Assembly: GCA_902598425.1 (NCBI GenBank)
Contig: CACKBK010000003.1
Span: 8,284 to 72,283 of the forward strand
Direction of reading: 5' to 3'
DNA from: an uncultured Pelagibacteraceae bacterium
GTDB taxonomy: Bacteria; Pseudomonadota; Alphaproteobacteria; Pelagibacterales; Pelagibacteraceae
DNA length: 64,000 nucleotides
Positions 10,445 through 20,857 of the stretch are shown in pieces (the stretch's first letter is position 1; each line of letters opens with the position of its first letter). A program made the position numbers and the translations under genes. The notes under the pieces are model-generated. The model saw nothing but the letters and a program-made list of their open reading frames with translations. It did not search any database and was not told the origin of the DNA.

Positions 10445-11507
10445 TTATACTATCTATTATTTTCTGGTTTATATTATTCCATGAGTTTTCGTAAGTTATT
10501 TTTTTCATTGCGTTTATCTTCTCATTAAGATCATTTTTATTTTCAAAAAATGAATATATTAAATTTAAAAGATCTTCAGAAATATTTGAGTTTTGCTCTA
10601 CCATCCAGCAACAATTCAGTTTTTTATAAAAAAGAGCATTATAATACTGGTGATTATCTTTTGCGTAAGGAAATGGAATTGCAATGAATGGTAGATTTAT
10701 TTGTACAAGCTCTGCTAAACTTGACGCGCCAGCTCTTGTTATACAAAAATTAATTTCATTCACATTTTTGAAAAGGTTTTTTTTAAAATTAAATAATTCG
10801 TATTTAATTTGATTTTTTTCATAAAAATTTTTTAAATTTTCCTTATTTTTTTCGTTAGTCTGGTGTATTACTTCTAGTTCAACTTTTTCTGAAAGTTTTA
10901 AAATAGTATCTTGTAGGTTTTTTTGAAAAAAATCTGCTCCTTGACTCCCACCAATTATTAAAATTTTAATTTTTTTTTCGAAATTATTTTTATTTTTTTT
11001 TTCAATATAAACAGATTTTCTTAAGAGAGGTGATATTAATTTAATTTTTTTTTTAAATTTAATCGGGAAATTTCTTATTTCTTCTGAATAACAAAGTATT
11101 GATGAGCAATAATTTAAAAAAAATAGGTTTGATCTACCTAAAACTAAATTTGGTTCAAATAAGATTATTTTTAAATTTAATATTTTTGCACTAATACAAA
11201 TTGGTAGAGACATATATCCACCGGTAGAAATAACTGTCTTTATTTTTTTACTTTTCAGGTATGTAAAAGATTTCAATATAGAAAAAAAAAATATAACTGT
11301 GCTCCAAGGTAATAAAAAAATATTTTGGGTCAAAGGCAATACATTTATAATTTTATAATTTTTATTATTACTTTCAAAAAATTTAGAGCCTCTTAAATCG
11401 CTTGTTATAAAAACATTAAACTCATCTTTTAAATGTTCATACAATGTTTGAGCTGGAACAACATGCCCTCCAGAACCACCTGTCGAGATTAAAATATTTT
11501 CTTTCAT
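10434..11507 (-). CDS. murG: Undecaprenyl-PP-MurNAc-pentapeptide GlcNAc transferase
   Basis: GGSGGH, GGY, GGSQGA, RAGAS, HQYYNA. Confidence 0.96.
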   Translation of the reverse strand: MKENILISTGGSGGHVVPAQTLYEHLKDEFNVFITSDLRGSKFFESNNKNYKIINVLPLTQNIFLLPWSTVIFFFSILKSFTYLKSKKIKTVISTGGYMSLPICISAKILNLKIILFEPNLVLGRSNLFFLNYCSSILCYSEEIRNFPIKFKKKIKLISPLLRKSVYIEKKNKNNFEKKIKILIIGGSQGADFFQKNLQDTILKLSEKVELEVIHQTNEKNKENLKNFYEKNQIKYELFNFKKNLFKNVNEINFCITRAGASSLAELVQINLPFIAIPFPYAKDNHQYYNALFYKKLNCCWMVEQNSNISEDLLNLIYSFFENKNDLNEKINAMKKITYENSWNNINQKIIDSINEN

Positions 11508-12628
11508 CTGATATTTTCTTTTTTAGTTAAATTGAGAATTATACCAGAAATTATTGATGTTCCTATTATCGAAGAGCCTCCATAACTCAAAAAAGGAAGT
11601 GTCATTCCGGTAGTTGGAAACATTCTTATATTTACACCTACGTGAATAAGAAACTGAAAAAAAATAATAAATGCAAGCCCTAACAAAATCAATTTAATTT
11701 TTTTGTCATCAACTACAGAAATTTTTTTTAAAACTATATAAATAAAATATAAAAAAATTAATATTAAAATAAAAATCATAGTGACTCCAAATTCTTCGGA
11801 TATCACCGAAACTATATAATCTGTATGTGCCTCTGGAACTTTATTTTTCAGGACCCCTTCACCAATACCTTTGCCAAAAAAACCACCATTAATTATTGCT
11901 TCTGAAGCTCTCTCCGATTGATAGTTATTTCCTGAATTTGAATTTATAAAAGATGTAATCCTTATTAAAATATATTCAAATTTGGGTATATAAAAAATAA
12001 CATATAGAAGTATTGAAGCACTGATACCAAAAAACATAAAAAATAGTATTAAGTTAACTCCTGAAACAAAAATTAATGCAAGCCAAGTAGCAAAAATTAA
12101 GATTGTTTGCCCAATATCTGGCTGCGAGATCAATAATAAAATAATTGGTGATAAGATTAAAAAACTATATAGATATTTTAAGTACAGATTTGTTTTACTT
12201 TCTAAACTTAATACTAAAGCCATAACTACAATTATAAAAGGTTTTAAAACCTCAATAGGTTGAAACCTTGGTAAAAAAAATAATTCTATCCATCTTTTTG
12301 ATCCTTTTACCTCTATACCCGCAAAGGGGACAATTAAAAGCGCTATGAAACAAATTACAAAAAGTAACTTAGAGATTAAAAATAATTTTTTAATATTTAA
12401 ATATGATAAAGAAAAAACTATACAAAAACCCATAGATACATAAATAAAATGTTTTAAGAAAAATTTATAACTATTTGTATTAAATCTATCTGATACAACT
12501 AAAGAGGTTGAAACTAGAGAAAAAAAAAGGCCAAGAAGAAAAAGTGAAATTATCAGAAAAAATAAGGTTTTATCTAGTTCTCTCCACCAATTAAAATAAA
12601 CTTTTTGATAAATATTTATGTCTTTCAT
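11504..12628 (-). CDS. ftsW: SEDS peptidoglycan glycosyltransferase FtsW
   Basis: GSKRWI, QPIE, QPDIG, PEAHTD, PTTGMTLPFLSYGGSS. Confidence 0.96.
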   Translation of the reverse strand: MKDINIYQKVYFNWWRELDKTLFFLIISLFLLGLFFSLVSTSLVVSDRFNTNSYKFFLKHFIYVSMGFCIVFSLSYLNIKKLFLISKLLFVICFIALLIVPFAGIEVKGSKRWIELFFLPRFQPIEVLKPFIIVVMALVLSLESKTNLYLKYLYSFLILSPIILLLISQPDIGQTILIFATWLALIFVSGVNLILFFMFFGISASILLYVIFYIPKFEYILIRITSFINSNSGNNYQSERASEAIINGGFFGKGIGEGVLKNKVPEAHTDYIVSVISEEFGVTMIFILILIFLYFIYIVLKKISVVDDKKIKLILLGLAFIIFFQFLIHVGVNIRMFPTTGMTLPFLSYGGSSIIGTSIISGIILNLTKKENIR

Positions 12629-13926
12629 AATTTATTTTTGTATTTTTGGACGAGTAAATTAAAATATGTACCTCTTTCTTCAAAGTTTTTAAATTCATCA
12701 AATGATGCAGAGCATGGGCTAAAAAGTATTACTTTTTTTGATGTTATATTTGATTGATTGATATCCAATAGAACTTTTTGGTATGCCTTCTTAATTGATG
12801 AAAAAACTTTATATTTTATTTTCCCTTTTAATTTTTTAATAAAGAAATTTCTATTTTTACCAAATATATAACCCTGTATATTTAATTTATTATTTTTACT
12901 AAAATTAAATTTGTCATTTTTTTTTGGTTTTCCACCCACTAACCAAAAAATATTATTATAAGATTTAATTAAATTTACCGTAGAAGAAAAGCTAGTTGAT
13001 TTAGAGTCATTAATTATAATTATTCTTTTTGAGTTGTATACTGTTTGTTGTCTAAAATTTAGTCCTTTAAAATTATTTATTGATTTAAGGATATTTCTTT
13101 TTTTTATTTTTAATATTTCGCAGATTTTTAAAACAAATGATAAATTTTCTAAATTATTTTGATTTAAAAAATATTTATTTTTAATCTTTTTAATATATTT
13201 TCTTGATACCTTTTTATCAACATGAAGTATTTTAGATTTAATTTTATTTTTTTTTATTGCAGTATTTATAATCAAATTTTTTTTGTTAAAGAATATAAAA
13301 TCTTTTTTTGAGCTTTGGTAAAATAGTTTTAATTTTGCTTGTAAATAATTTTTAAAATTTCCATGTCTCTCTATGTGATCTGGACTAATATTTAGCAATA
13401 TAGAATATTTTGATTTAAAAAATTTACTATACTCGATTTGATATGATGATGCTTCTATAACAAATACAGTTTTTTTTTGGACGTTGCGCTCATTTAAAAT
13501 AGATCTACCAATATTTCCAACAGATCTGGCATCTTCACCTGAATTTTTTAAAATATCTCCAAGTAATTTAACTGTGGTAGATTTTCCATTTGTACCAGTA
13601 ATTGTAATTATTTTATTTTGATAATTATGTGTATAAAAAATATCTAAATCTGTGCAAATTTTATCTTTGTTACTTTGCAAAAAATATTTCAAACCACAAT
13701 TGTTAGAATCTATACCTGGACTTATTACAATATAATCAAATTTAGAATTTAATATTTGAATTTTTTTTATAGAATTTTTTTTGAATTTTTTAAGTTGAAT
13801 ATTATTGTCGTCATAAACTCTTACGTTGTTTTTTTTCTTTAAAAAATTGAAACTTGATTTTCCTGAAAGACCAAGGCCATATATTAATATTTTTTTATTA
13901 AAAAATACTTTTTTTAGTTCATGCAT
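12625..13926 (-). CDS. murD: UDP-N-acetylmuramoyl-L-alanine--D-glutamate ligase
   Basis: GLGLSG, SPGI, TGTNGKST, GNIG, EASSYQ, NDSKST, SPCSASFD. Confidence 0.96.
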   Translation of the reverse strand: MHELKKVFFNKKILIYGLGLSGKSSFNFLKKKNNVRVYDDNNIQLKKFKKNSIKKIQILNSKFDYIVISPGIDSNNCGLKYFLQSNKDKICTDLDIFYTHNYQNKIITITGTNGKSTTVKLLGDILKNSGEDARSVGNIGRSILNERNVQKKTVFVIEASSYQIEYSKFFKSKYSILLNISPDHIERHGNFKNYLQAKLKLFYQSSKKDFIFFNKKNLIINTAIKKNKIKSKILHVDKKVSRKYIKKIKNKYFLNQNNLENLSFVLKICEILKIKKRNILKSINNFKGLNFRQQTVYNSKRIIIINDSKSTSFSSTVNLIKSYNNIFWLVGGKPKKNDKFNFSKNNKLNIQGYIFGKNRNFFIKKLKGKIKYKVFSSIKKAYQKVLLDINQSNITSKKVILFSPCSASFDEFKNFEERGTYFNLLVQKYKNKL

Positions 13927-15011
13927 TATCTAAATTTCAGGGTTGCAAGACCTATCATCGCTAAAATAATTGCTACAATCCAAAATCTTATTACTACAGT
14001 GGACTCAGGCCAGCCTTTTTTTTCATAATGATGATGTATAGGTGCCATTTTGAAAATTCTTTTTCCAGTCAATTTAAATGAAATTACTTGTACAATTACT
14101 GATATTGCCTCCAAAACAAATAAACCACCTGTAATTGCTAAAACTATCTCATGTTTAGTTATTATTCCAACTCCACCTAAGGATCCTCCTAACGCGAGTG
14201 ATCCAGTATCACCCATAAAAATTTTTGCTGGAGGTGCGTTAAACCATAAAAAACCTAAACAAGAACCAATTACTGCACCTAAAAATACAGCAACTTCACC
14301 TAATCCAGCTATATAAGGTATTTGTAAATACTCAGAAAAAACAATATTTCCTGTGACATAACTTATAAATGCAAAACAGGCAGCAACTAAAATAACTGGA
14401 ACGGTTGCTAGTCCATCTAGACCGTCTGTCAAATTCACAGCGTTTGATGAACCAACTATAACGAAAACTGCAAATGGAATAAAAAACCATCCCAAATTTA
14501 CAACCAGGTTTTTAAAAAAGGGAAAATAAAGATTTTCTAAATCGGCGTTATCAGAATAAATGCTTAATATAATTATTCCAAAAGTTGCCGCTATTATTTG
14601 TGATATGATTTTAAATTTGAATGATATACCAGAGGAATTTTTGAATTTTATTTTTTTATAATCATCATAAGCTCCCAAAATACCAAAACTAGCCACTATA
14701 TAAATCAAAAACCATACGTATAGGTTATTTAAATCACCCCAAAGAAATATTCCAAAAAATAATCCAATTAATATTAAAACACCTCCCATTGTTGGAGTGC
14801 CAATTTTTTTTACTATATGTTCATCTGGACCATCATCCCTAATAGGGTTCAAAATTTGCTTTGCTGAAAAGAGATTTATGAAAGGATTTCCAATTAAAAA
14901 AACTACCAACAAAGAAGTGAAAACAGCTAATCCAGTTCTAACTGTTAAATATTTAAATACATTAAGAAATGAATAAGTATCTATTAAATTTAATATTAGA
15001 CTATAAAGCAT
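13926..15011 (-). CDS. mraY: Phospho-N-acetylmuramoyl-pentapeptide transferase
   Basis: GTPTMGG, NAVNLTDGLDGLA, FMGDTGS, MAPIHHH. Confidence 0.98.
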   Translation of the reverse strand: MLYSLILNLIDTYSFLNVFKYLTVRTGLAVFTSLLVVFLIGNPFINLFSAKQILNPIRDDGPDEHIVKKIGTPTMGGVLILIGLFFGIFLWGDLNNLYVWFLIYIVASFGILGAYDDYKKIKFKNSSGISFKFKIISQIIAATFGIIILSIYSDNADLENLYFPFFKNLVVNLGWFFIPFAVFVIVGSSNAVNLTDGLDGLATVPVILVAACFAFISYVTGNIVFSEYLQIPYIAGLGEVAVFLGAVIGSCLGFLWFNAPPAKIFMGDTGSLALGGSLGGVGIITKHEIVLAITGGLFVLEAISVIVQVISFKLTGKRIFKMAPIHHHYEKKGWPESTVVIRFWIVAIILAMIGLATLKFR

Positions 15012-17850
15012 TAGATTTATTGCCCTTTAGTTTTAAGATAAATTTATTTAACCCAGTCGAATTTGATCCTTTAACCATTAAATAGTCATTATTATTTAAT
15101 TCTTTAATAATCAAATCATTAATTTGATTTAGTTTAGTCAAATATTTCCCTTTTTTTATATTTTTGACTTTTTTAAATGTTTCTTTAACGAATCTACCAA
15201 AAATATGAAACTTATCTATCGATGAATTATTTATGTTTTTACTTAAACTTATATGTAGCTTTTTTGATAACCTTCCTAGTTCAAGCATATCGCCCATTAA
15301 AAGGTGCTTCTTATTATTTTTTGTCTTAATCAAATTATAATTTTTTATAGCTGATTCCATTGATAAGGGGTTCGAATTGTAGCTTTCATCCACTAAATTA
15401 AATTGTTTGTTTTTAAAATAAATTTTAGAGATATCTCCTCTTCCATCAGGATTTTTAAATTTTATGAAAGAATTTTTAGATAAATTTTTTAATTCACCTA
15501 TCGAATAGATAATACCGATACATGCCAGAACATTATATAAATTATTTTGGTTGAGATTTTTTATATGAAATAATTTTTTTTGGTTAAATATTTTTATAGT
15601 AATTTTGAAAAATTTATTTTTCTTTTTTGTTAAAATTAAAGATATATTTGCTTTTTTCTTTATTCCAAAAGAAAAAACTCTTAAACCTCTTTTAATTGCA
15701 TTTTTATAGTGAAAATTAAAAAATCTGTCATCTTTATTTAGAATAATTATACCGCCTTTTTGAATGTTATTAATTAACTCACCTTTTGCTTCTGCAATTT
15801 CATTTATATTTTTAAAATTTTTAGCATGTGCATAAGAAATATTTGTTATTACACCGATATTTGGATTTAAAATTTTACTTAAATAATCTATCTCACCTTT
15901 TTTATCCATTCCAATCTCAAAAACTCCATTTTTATTTTTAGTATTGAGATTAAATAAGCTTAATGGAACGCCGTATTTATTATTATAAGACCCAATTGAA
16001 AAAGTTGTTTTGCTAAAATTGTTCAAAACTTCTCCTGCCATTTGTTTTAAAGATGTTTTTCCACAGCTTCCCGTGATTGCAATAACTTTTCCTTTAAAAC
16101 TCTGTCTTATTTTTTTTGATAAATCTGTTAAACATTCAAGGGTATTAGAAACTTTTATTTGATTAGATCTATTAAGTGTTTTTTGATATCTATTTACAAC
16201 CGCAAAAAGAGCACCATTATCAAATGCATTTTTTACAAATGAATTTCCATCCCTCTTTTTTCCTTTAATAGCAAAAAAAATATCATTTTTTTTTAAGGTT
16301 TTAGAGTTAATTGAGGCTTTTTGGATTTTTTTTTTCTTTGTAATATTTTTATTAAAATATTCATTAAAAATATTAACTTTTATATTGTTGGAAAGTTGTT
16401 TATTTTTAATTGCTATTGATTTTTTTATAACCTCTTTATCAGACAAGAAAATTTTTTTTTTTCCAAAATCTTGAATTTTTTCATGCCCTTTACCCGCTAC
16501 AACTAATACTTCGTCTGATTTTAGATTTTGAATTGCTTTTAAAATTGCTATTCTTCTATCTGATATCTCCAATACTTTAGATTTCAAAATATTTTTTTTT
16601 ATTTCTTTTCTTATTTCTTTTGGGTTTTCAAATCTTGGGTTATCATCTGTAATATATATCTGTGAACAGTAAGAATTTGCTATAGCCCCCATTTTTGATC
16701 TTTTGTATTTATCCCTATCACCTCCACAGCCAAATACGATATTAATTTTTTTGGATGGGAATTGACTTTTTAAATCATTTAAACAGATTTTTAAAGCGTC
16801 TGGGGTATGGGCATAGTCTAAAATTACAATAGCATTATTTTTTAAATTTCCAATTTTCTCAAACCTGCCATCAATTGGTTTTAACTTACTAATATTTTTA
16901 ATAATTTTTCCAAAATTTAATTTTGAACTTTCAGCTGCCAAGATTGACATAAAAATATTTTTAATCTGTGTTTTACCAATTAGATTAATATGAAAAATGT
17001 AAATTTTATTTTTATATTTAATTTGAATTTTTTGCTTTTCTCCTTCATAGGTGTGATTGATCAACTGAATATCACTTTTTTCATCAAGAATAGTTTTTAA
17101 ACGTAATTTTCTCTTTTTTGAAATTTTTAATAATTTTTTAAACTCTTTTATTGATCTATCTGTGATTAATAGTGAATTTTTTTTTAGAAGAGAGTTAAAA
17201 AGGTATAGTTTGGAGCTGAGGTAATTTTTTAAATTTTTATGATAATCTAAATGATCATGAGAAAAATTGGTAAAAATTGCAGAAGTTATATTTAAACCAT
17301 CGAGTCTATTTTGTTTTAAACCATGACTTGAAGCCTCTAATATTACATTTTCGATTTTTTTTTTTTTTAAAATACTTAGGTACTTCGAAAGATTTAAAGA
17401 ATCTAATGTAGTATTATTTAACGGAATTAATTTATTATTAAATTTAATTCCAAGAGTTCCTATTGAACCTACGCTAACATTATTAATTTTTAAAATTTGA
17501 TAATAAAAATCTGATACTGAAGATTTTCCATTTGTTCCTGTAACCGCAATTATATTATTGGGTATTTTATTATAAAATTTATAAGATGTTGAAGCTAGAA
17601 TTTTTCTGATATTTTTGTAACTTAAAAATAAAACTTCTCCTTTAAAACCTTCAAAAGGCTTTTGATGAATAATTGTTCTTGCGCCGTTTTTAATAGCTTC
17701 ATCTATATATTTATGTCCATCTTGCAAATTTCCTTTTATCGCAAAAAAAATGAAATTTTTTTTGCATGAATTACTATTAAAGCTTAAACCTGAAAAAAAA
17801 TGATTTCTTATTTTTTTATTTTTTGTTTTAAATAACTTTCCAATCAACAT
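15001..17850 (-). CDS. murE: Bifunctional MurE-MurF fusion (mDAP ligase plus D-Ala-D-Ala adding enzyme)
   Basis: N-half: GTNGKSS, EASSHG, DHLDYH, DYAHTPD, DDNPR, AGKGHE; C-half: ITGSCGKTS, NNKYGVP, DESYNSNP, GDMLELG, KGS. Confidence 0.93.
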   Translation of the reverse strand: MLIGKLFKTKNKKIRNHFFSGLSFNSNSCKKNFIFFAIKGNLQDGHKYIDEAIKNGARTIIHQKPFEGFKGEVLFLSYKNIRKILASTSYKFYNKIPNNIIAVTGTNGKSSVSDFYYQILKINNVSVGSIGTLGIKFNNKLIPLNNTTLDSLNLSKYLSILKKKKIENVILEASSHGLKQNRLDGLNITSAIFTNFSHDHLDYHKNLKNYLSSKLYLFNSLLKKNSLLITDRSIKEFKKLLKISKKRKLRLKTILDEKSDIQLINHTYEGEKQKIQIKYKNKIYIFHINLIGKTQIKNIFMSILAAESSKLNFGKIIKNISKLKPIDGRFEKIGNLKNNAIVILDYAHTPDALKICLNDLKSQFPSKKINIVFGCGGDRDKYKRSKMGAIANSYCSQIYITDDNPRFENPKEIRKEIKKNILKSKVLEISDRRIAILKAIQNLKSDEVLVVAGKGHEKIQDFGKKKIFLSDKEVIKKSIAIKNKQLSNNIKVNIFNEYFNKNITKKKKIQKASINSKTLKKNDIFFAIKGKKRDGNSFVKNAFDNGALFAVVNRYQKTLNRSNQIKVSNTLECLTDLSKKIRQSFKGKVIAITGSCGKTSLKQMAGEVLNNFSKTTFSIGSYNNKYGVPLSLFNLNTKNKNGVFEIGMDKKGEIDYLSKILNPNIGVITNISYAHAKNFKNINEIAEAKGELINNIQKGGIIILNKDDRFFNFHYKNAIKRGLRVFSFGIKKKANISLILTKKKNKFFKITIKIFNQKKLFHIKNLNQNNLYNVLACIGIIYSIGELKNLSKNSFIKFKNPDGRGDISKIYFKNKQFNLVDESYNSNPLSMESAIKNYNLIKTKNNKKHLLMGDMLELGRLSKKLHISLSKNINNSSIDKFHIFGRFVKETFKKVKNIKKGKYLTKLNQINDLIIKELNNNDYLMVKGSNSTGLNKFILKLKGNKSNAL

Positions 17851-17854
17851 GTCG

Positions 17855-19537
17855 CTAATTAAATTCCATGTACTTTGTGGCTAAAATTGGTCCTATTTTT
17901 TCTAAAATTTTGCCGGTAATTTCAACAGATGTCCATCCAGCTGTATTTCTTGGCGTACCTTTTAATTTAAATCCAGATCCATCTTTGTATTCGTAAATAT
18001 AATCTTTGTTAATTTTTGGTTCATCAAGCATTACAACAATAACAAACTTTGGTTTAGAGATTGGAAATACTCCGACAAACGTATTTATCTTCTCTTTAAT
18101 ATAAACACCATCAACCGATTTTTGAGCTGTTCCTGTTTTTCCTCCAATTTCATAACCAAGAATATTAGCTTGATTTGCAGTGCCAATTTTTGTATTTACA
18201 ATTTTTCTTAGTGCTGAATTAATATCTTTTGATATTTTCTCATTTATTATTTTCTCTCTTTTAAAATTTTGATCTAAATTTTTTACAAGTGTAGGCTCAA
18301 TGTTATATCCACCATTACTAATTATTGAATAACCCTTTGCTAATTGTAAAACAGTAGTGGTAATACCATGACCAAAAGAGGCTGTAGCAAGTTTACATTT
18401 ACCCCAACGAACAGGCAAAGGAGTTCCAGTTTCATCTAGCTCAAATTTCATTTTATCCAAAACACCAATTTTGCTCAAAAACTCTGAATATCTATCAATA
18501 CCAATTTTCTGGGCTATTCTCACAGATCCAATATTTCCAGATCTTATTAACACTTCCTCAGCGGTCAAAGTATCTGGTATCTCTTCATCATACTCTCTGA
18601 TAGGTCTGCCACTACAATAAATTGTTTTAGGTAGTTTTTTTAATTCTGTGTCTAATTCTATCTCACGATATTCTAAACCACCCGCTAAAGTAAATGTTTT
18701 AAATACAGAGCCAAATTCATATACAGCTTTAGTTGCTCTATTAATAAATTTTATATCTTTTAGATTTTCCCTTTTATTTAGATTAAAATCTGGGGTAGAT
18801 ACCATTGATATAATTTCACCATTATTAACGTCCATTAAAATTGCAGTGCTTCCTTTAGTTTGAAATATATTATTTGCTTTTAACAGTTCTTCTCGAATTA
18901 GATATTGTATATTTATATCAAGCGTTAAAGAAATAGGACTCTTTTTAGTAACAAGTCTCTCATTTAAAGATTTTTCCAAACCAGAAATTCCATTATTATC
19001 ATCATCGATTTGACCAATTACGTGGCTTGCAAGACTTGGATAAGGGTAAATTCTTGAAATTTTGGACTCATATCTTATTGCTTTTTCTCCAAGTAATTTT
19101 ACTTTATCAAAATTTTCAGAAGAAATTTTTTTCTCTAAATAAAAAAAATTTTTTTCATTTAGTTGATTTTCAATAATACTATAATTTTTTTTAGGAAAAA
19201 TAATCTTAAGTTTTAATAGAAATTTTTTTATATCTTTTACTTTTTTTGGATCAATTCCTACATTTATGGTTTTAACTGTCCTAGCGATCAAGTTTCCGTT
19301 TCTATCTATCAAATCAGCTCTAAAGTCCTTTTTTTCTATTGTATTTATTGTATTATTGTTAACAGAAACTGAACCGTAGTAAAAAATTTTAATTGAAAAA
19401 ATTATAGAAATCAGGATAAAAAAGAAAAAAATGAACGCGGTTCTGTTAAATGAAAATTTTAAATTAGATATATTTTTTTTAAAATTAAATTCACTTTTAT
19501 ATTCATTTATAGATAGTTTTTTTTCTGTATTATTCAT
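17855..19537 (-). CDS. ftsI: Penicillin-binding protein 3 / FtsI transpeptidase
   Basis: RADLIDRNG, GLE, SVFK (SxxK), SGN (SxN), KTGT; likely ATG at 19537 overlapping the ftsL stop. Confidence 0.93.
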   Translation of the reverse strand: MNNTEKKLSINEYKSEFNFKKNISNLKFSFNRTAFIFFFFILISIIFSIKIFYYGSVSVNNNTINTIEKKDFRADLIDRNGNLIARTVKTINVGIDPKKVKDIKKFLLKLKIIFPKKNYSIIENQLNEKNFFYLEKKISSENFDKVKLLGEKAIRYESKISRIYPYPSLASHVIGQIDDDNNGISGLEKSLNERLVTKKSPISLTLDINIQYLIREELLKANNIFQTKGSTAILMDVNNGEIISMVSTPDFNLNKRENLKDIKFINRATKAVYEFGSVFKTFTLAGGLEYREIELDTELKKLPKTIYCSGRPIREYDEEIPDTLTAEEVLIRSGNIGSVRIAQKIGIDRYSEFLSKIGVLDKMKFELDETGTPLPVRWGKCKLATASFGHGITTTVLQLAKGYSIISNGGYNIEPTLVKNLDQNFKREKIINEKISKDINSALRKIVNTKIGTANQANILGYEIGGKTGTAQKSVDGVYIKEKINTFVGVFPISKPKFVIVVMLDEPKINKDYIYEYKDGSGFKLKGTPRNTAGWTSVEITGKILEKIGPILATKYMEFN

Positions 19538-19832
19538 TTTCCAAAAATTTTTTAATATTGATTTTGTCGTCAAAAAAATAGATTTTATACAAAAATATAA
19601 TATCTACAGGTTTATATTTTTTCGCTTCTAGGTCTCCTAGATAACCAAAGAGTTTTTTCGGGGATGTCAGATAATTATTTTCTAAAAAAGCTAGATTATA
19701 TGCTTCATCCAACAAAACAATTGCCTCCTTTTTTTTATAAATTTTATTCTCTAAATTCTTTGATGAATTTTTGATGTAAGTTGTAAATGATATTAAGGAT
19801 ACGATTAAAATTATTAATATATACTTTTTCAT
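19530..19832 (-). CDS. ftsL: Cell division protein FtsL (putative)
   Basis: 100 aa with N-terminal TM, coiled coil and YLTSPKKL; lies between rsmH and ftsI. Confidence 0.7.
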   Translation of the reverse strand: MKKYILIILIVSLISFTTYIKNSSKNLENKIYKKKEAIVLLDEAYNLAFLENNYLTSPKKLFGYLGDLEAKKYKPVDIIFLYKIYFFDDKINIKKFLENE

Positions 19833-20839
19833 AATTTTACTGAAAAATTTTCTATATCCATTAAATATTTAAATGTTTTTAAAATCTCTTCTTCAAAATC
19901 TTTGTTTTCTGAAATTTTAAAAGCGTACCTTAACTTTGCTGATCTAGACGGTTTATTTATTTTAATTTCCTTTTCTGATGGGAGAATAGGTTTTTTTTCT
20001 TTTAATTTTAAAATATTTTTTTTTTTTTCATTTTCAGGCAAATATCTTGAAACTTTGTTATTTTCAGAAAGTAATTTAAAAAAAGTCTTTATAATTTTAT
20101 CCTCTAGTGAATGAAAAGATACTAAAATTAAAATTCCATTTTTTTCTAAAATCTTTACTGAGCTAATTAATCCTTTAATTAATTCAGATATTTCCTTATT
20201 AACAAATATTCTTAAAGCTTGAAAAATTTTTGTTGAATTGTGAATTTTTTTATTATTATTTCTTTTGCATATATTAATTATTTGGACTAATTTTTGTGTG
20301 TCTATTTTATTTTTTTTTCTTTCTAAAACTATTTTTCTAGCTATTTTTTTTCCATCTTTTTCATCGCCAAAAATTTTGAATATAAGCTCAAGCTCTTTTT
20401 GATTTAAATTATTTACAACATCGCTAGCAGAATAATTATTTAGCCCCATTCTCATATCTAGTGGACCTGTACTATTAAAAGACAACCCTCTTGTTAAGTC
20501 CTTAATCTGAATATATGAAAAACCCAAATCAAATATAATTGCTTTTACTCTCTCGTTCCTAATATTTAGTTTATTTAAATCCCCAAAATTTAAATTTTCA
20601 AAAAAAAATCGATTTTGATTTTTATCTTTTAGTTCATTAGCATATTTTTCAGAATGAATATCTCTATCTAAAGCAAAAATTTTTGTTTTTGGAAATTTTA
20701 AAATTGCTTTTGAATAACCTCCTTGACCAAAAGTACAGTCAATAAATGTGCCACCATTTTGAGGGGAAATAATGCTTAGAATTTCATCTAGCAATACCGG
20801 ATAATGTTTATCATTATTCGATATAATGGTGGCATTCAT
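19829..20839 (-). CDS. rsmH: 16S rRNA m4C1402 methyltransferase
   Basis: HYPVLL, DCTFGQGG, DLGFS, PLDMRM, FQALRIFVN, SFHSLED, SRSAKLR. Confidence 0.97.
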   Translation of the reverse strand: MNATIISNNDKHYPVLLDEILSIISPQNGGTFIDCTFGQGGYSKAILKFPKTKIFALDRDIHSEKYANELKDKNQNRFFFENLNFGDLNKLNIRNERVKAIIFDLGFSYIQIKDLTRGLSFNSTGPLDMRMGLNNYSASDVVNNLNQKELELIFKIFGDEKDGKKIARKIVLERKKNKIDTQKLVQIINICKRNNNKKIHNSTKIFQALRIFVNKEISELIKGLISSVKILEKNGILILVSFHSLEDKIIKTFFKLLSENNKVSRYLPENEKKKNILKLKEKKPILPSEKEIKINKPSRSAKLRYAFKISENKDFEEEILKTFKYLMDIENFSVKL

Positions 20840-20857
20840 CTATTTTTTTGAAGACCA

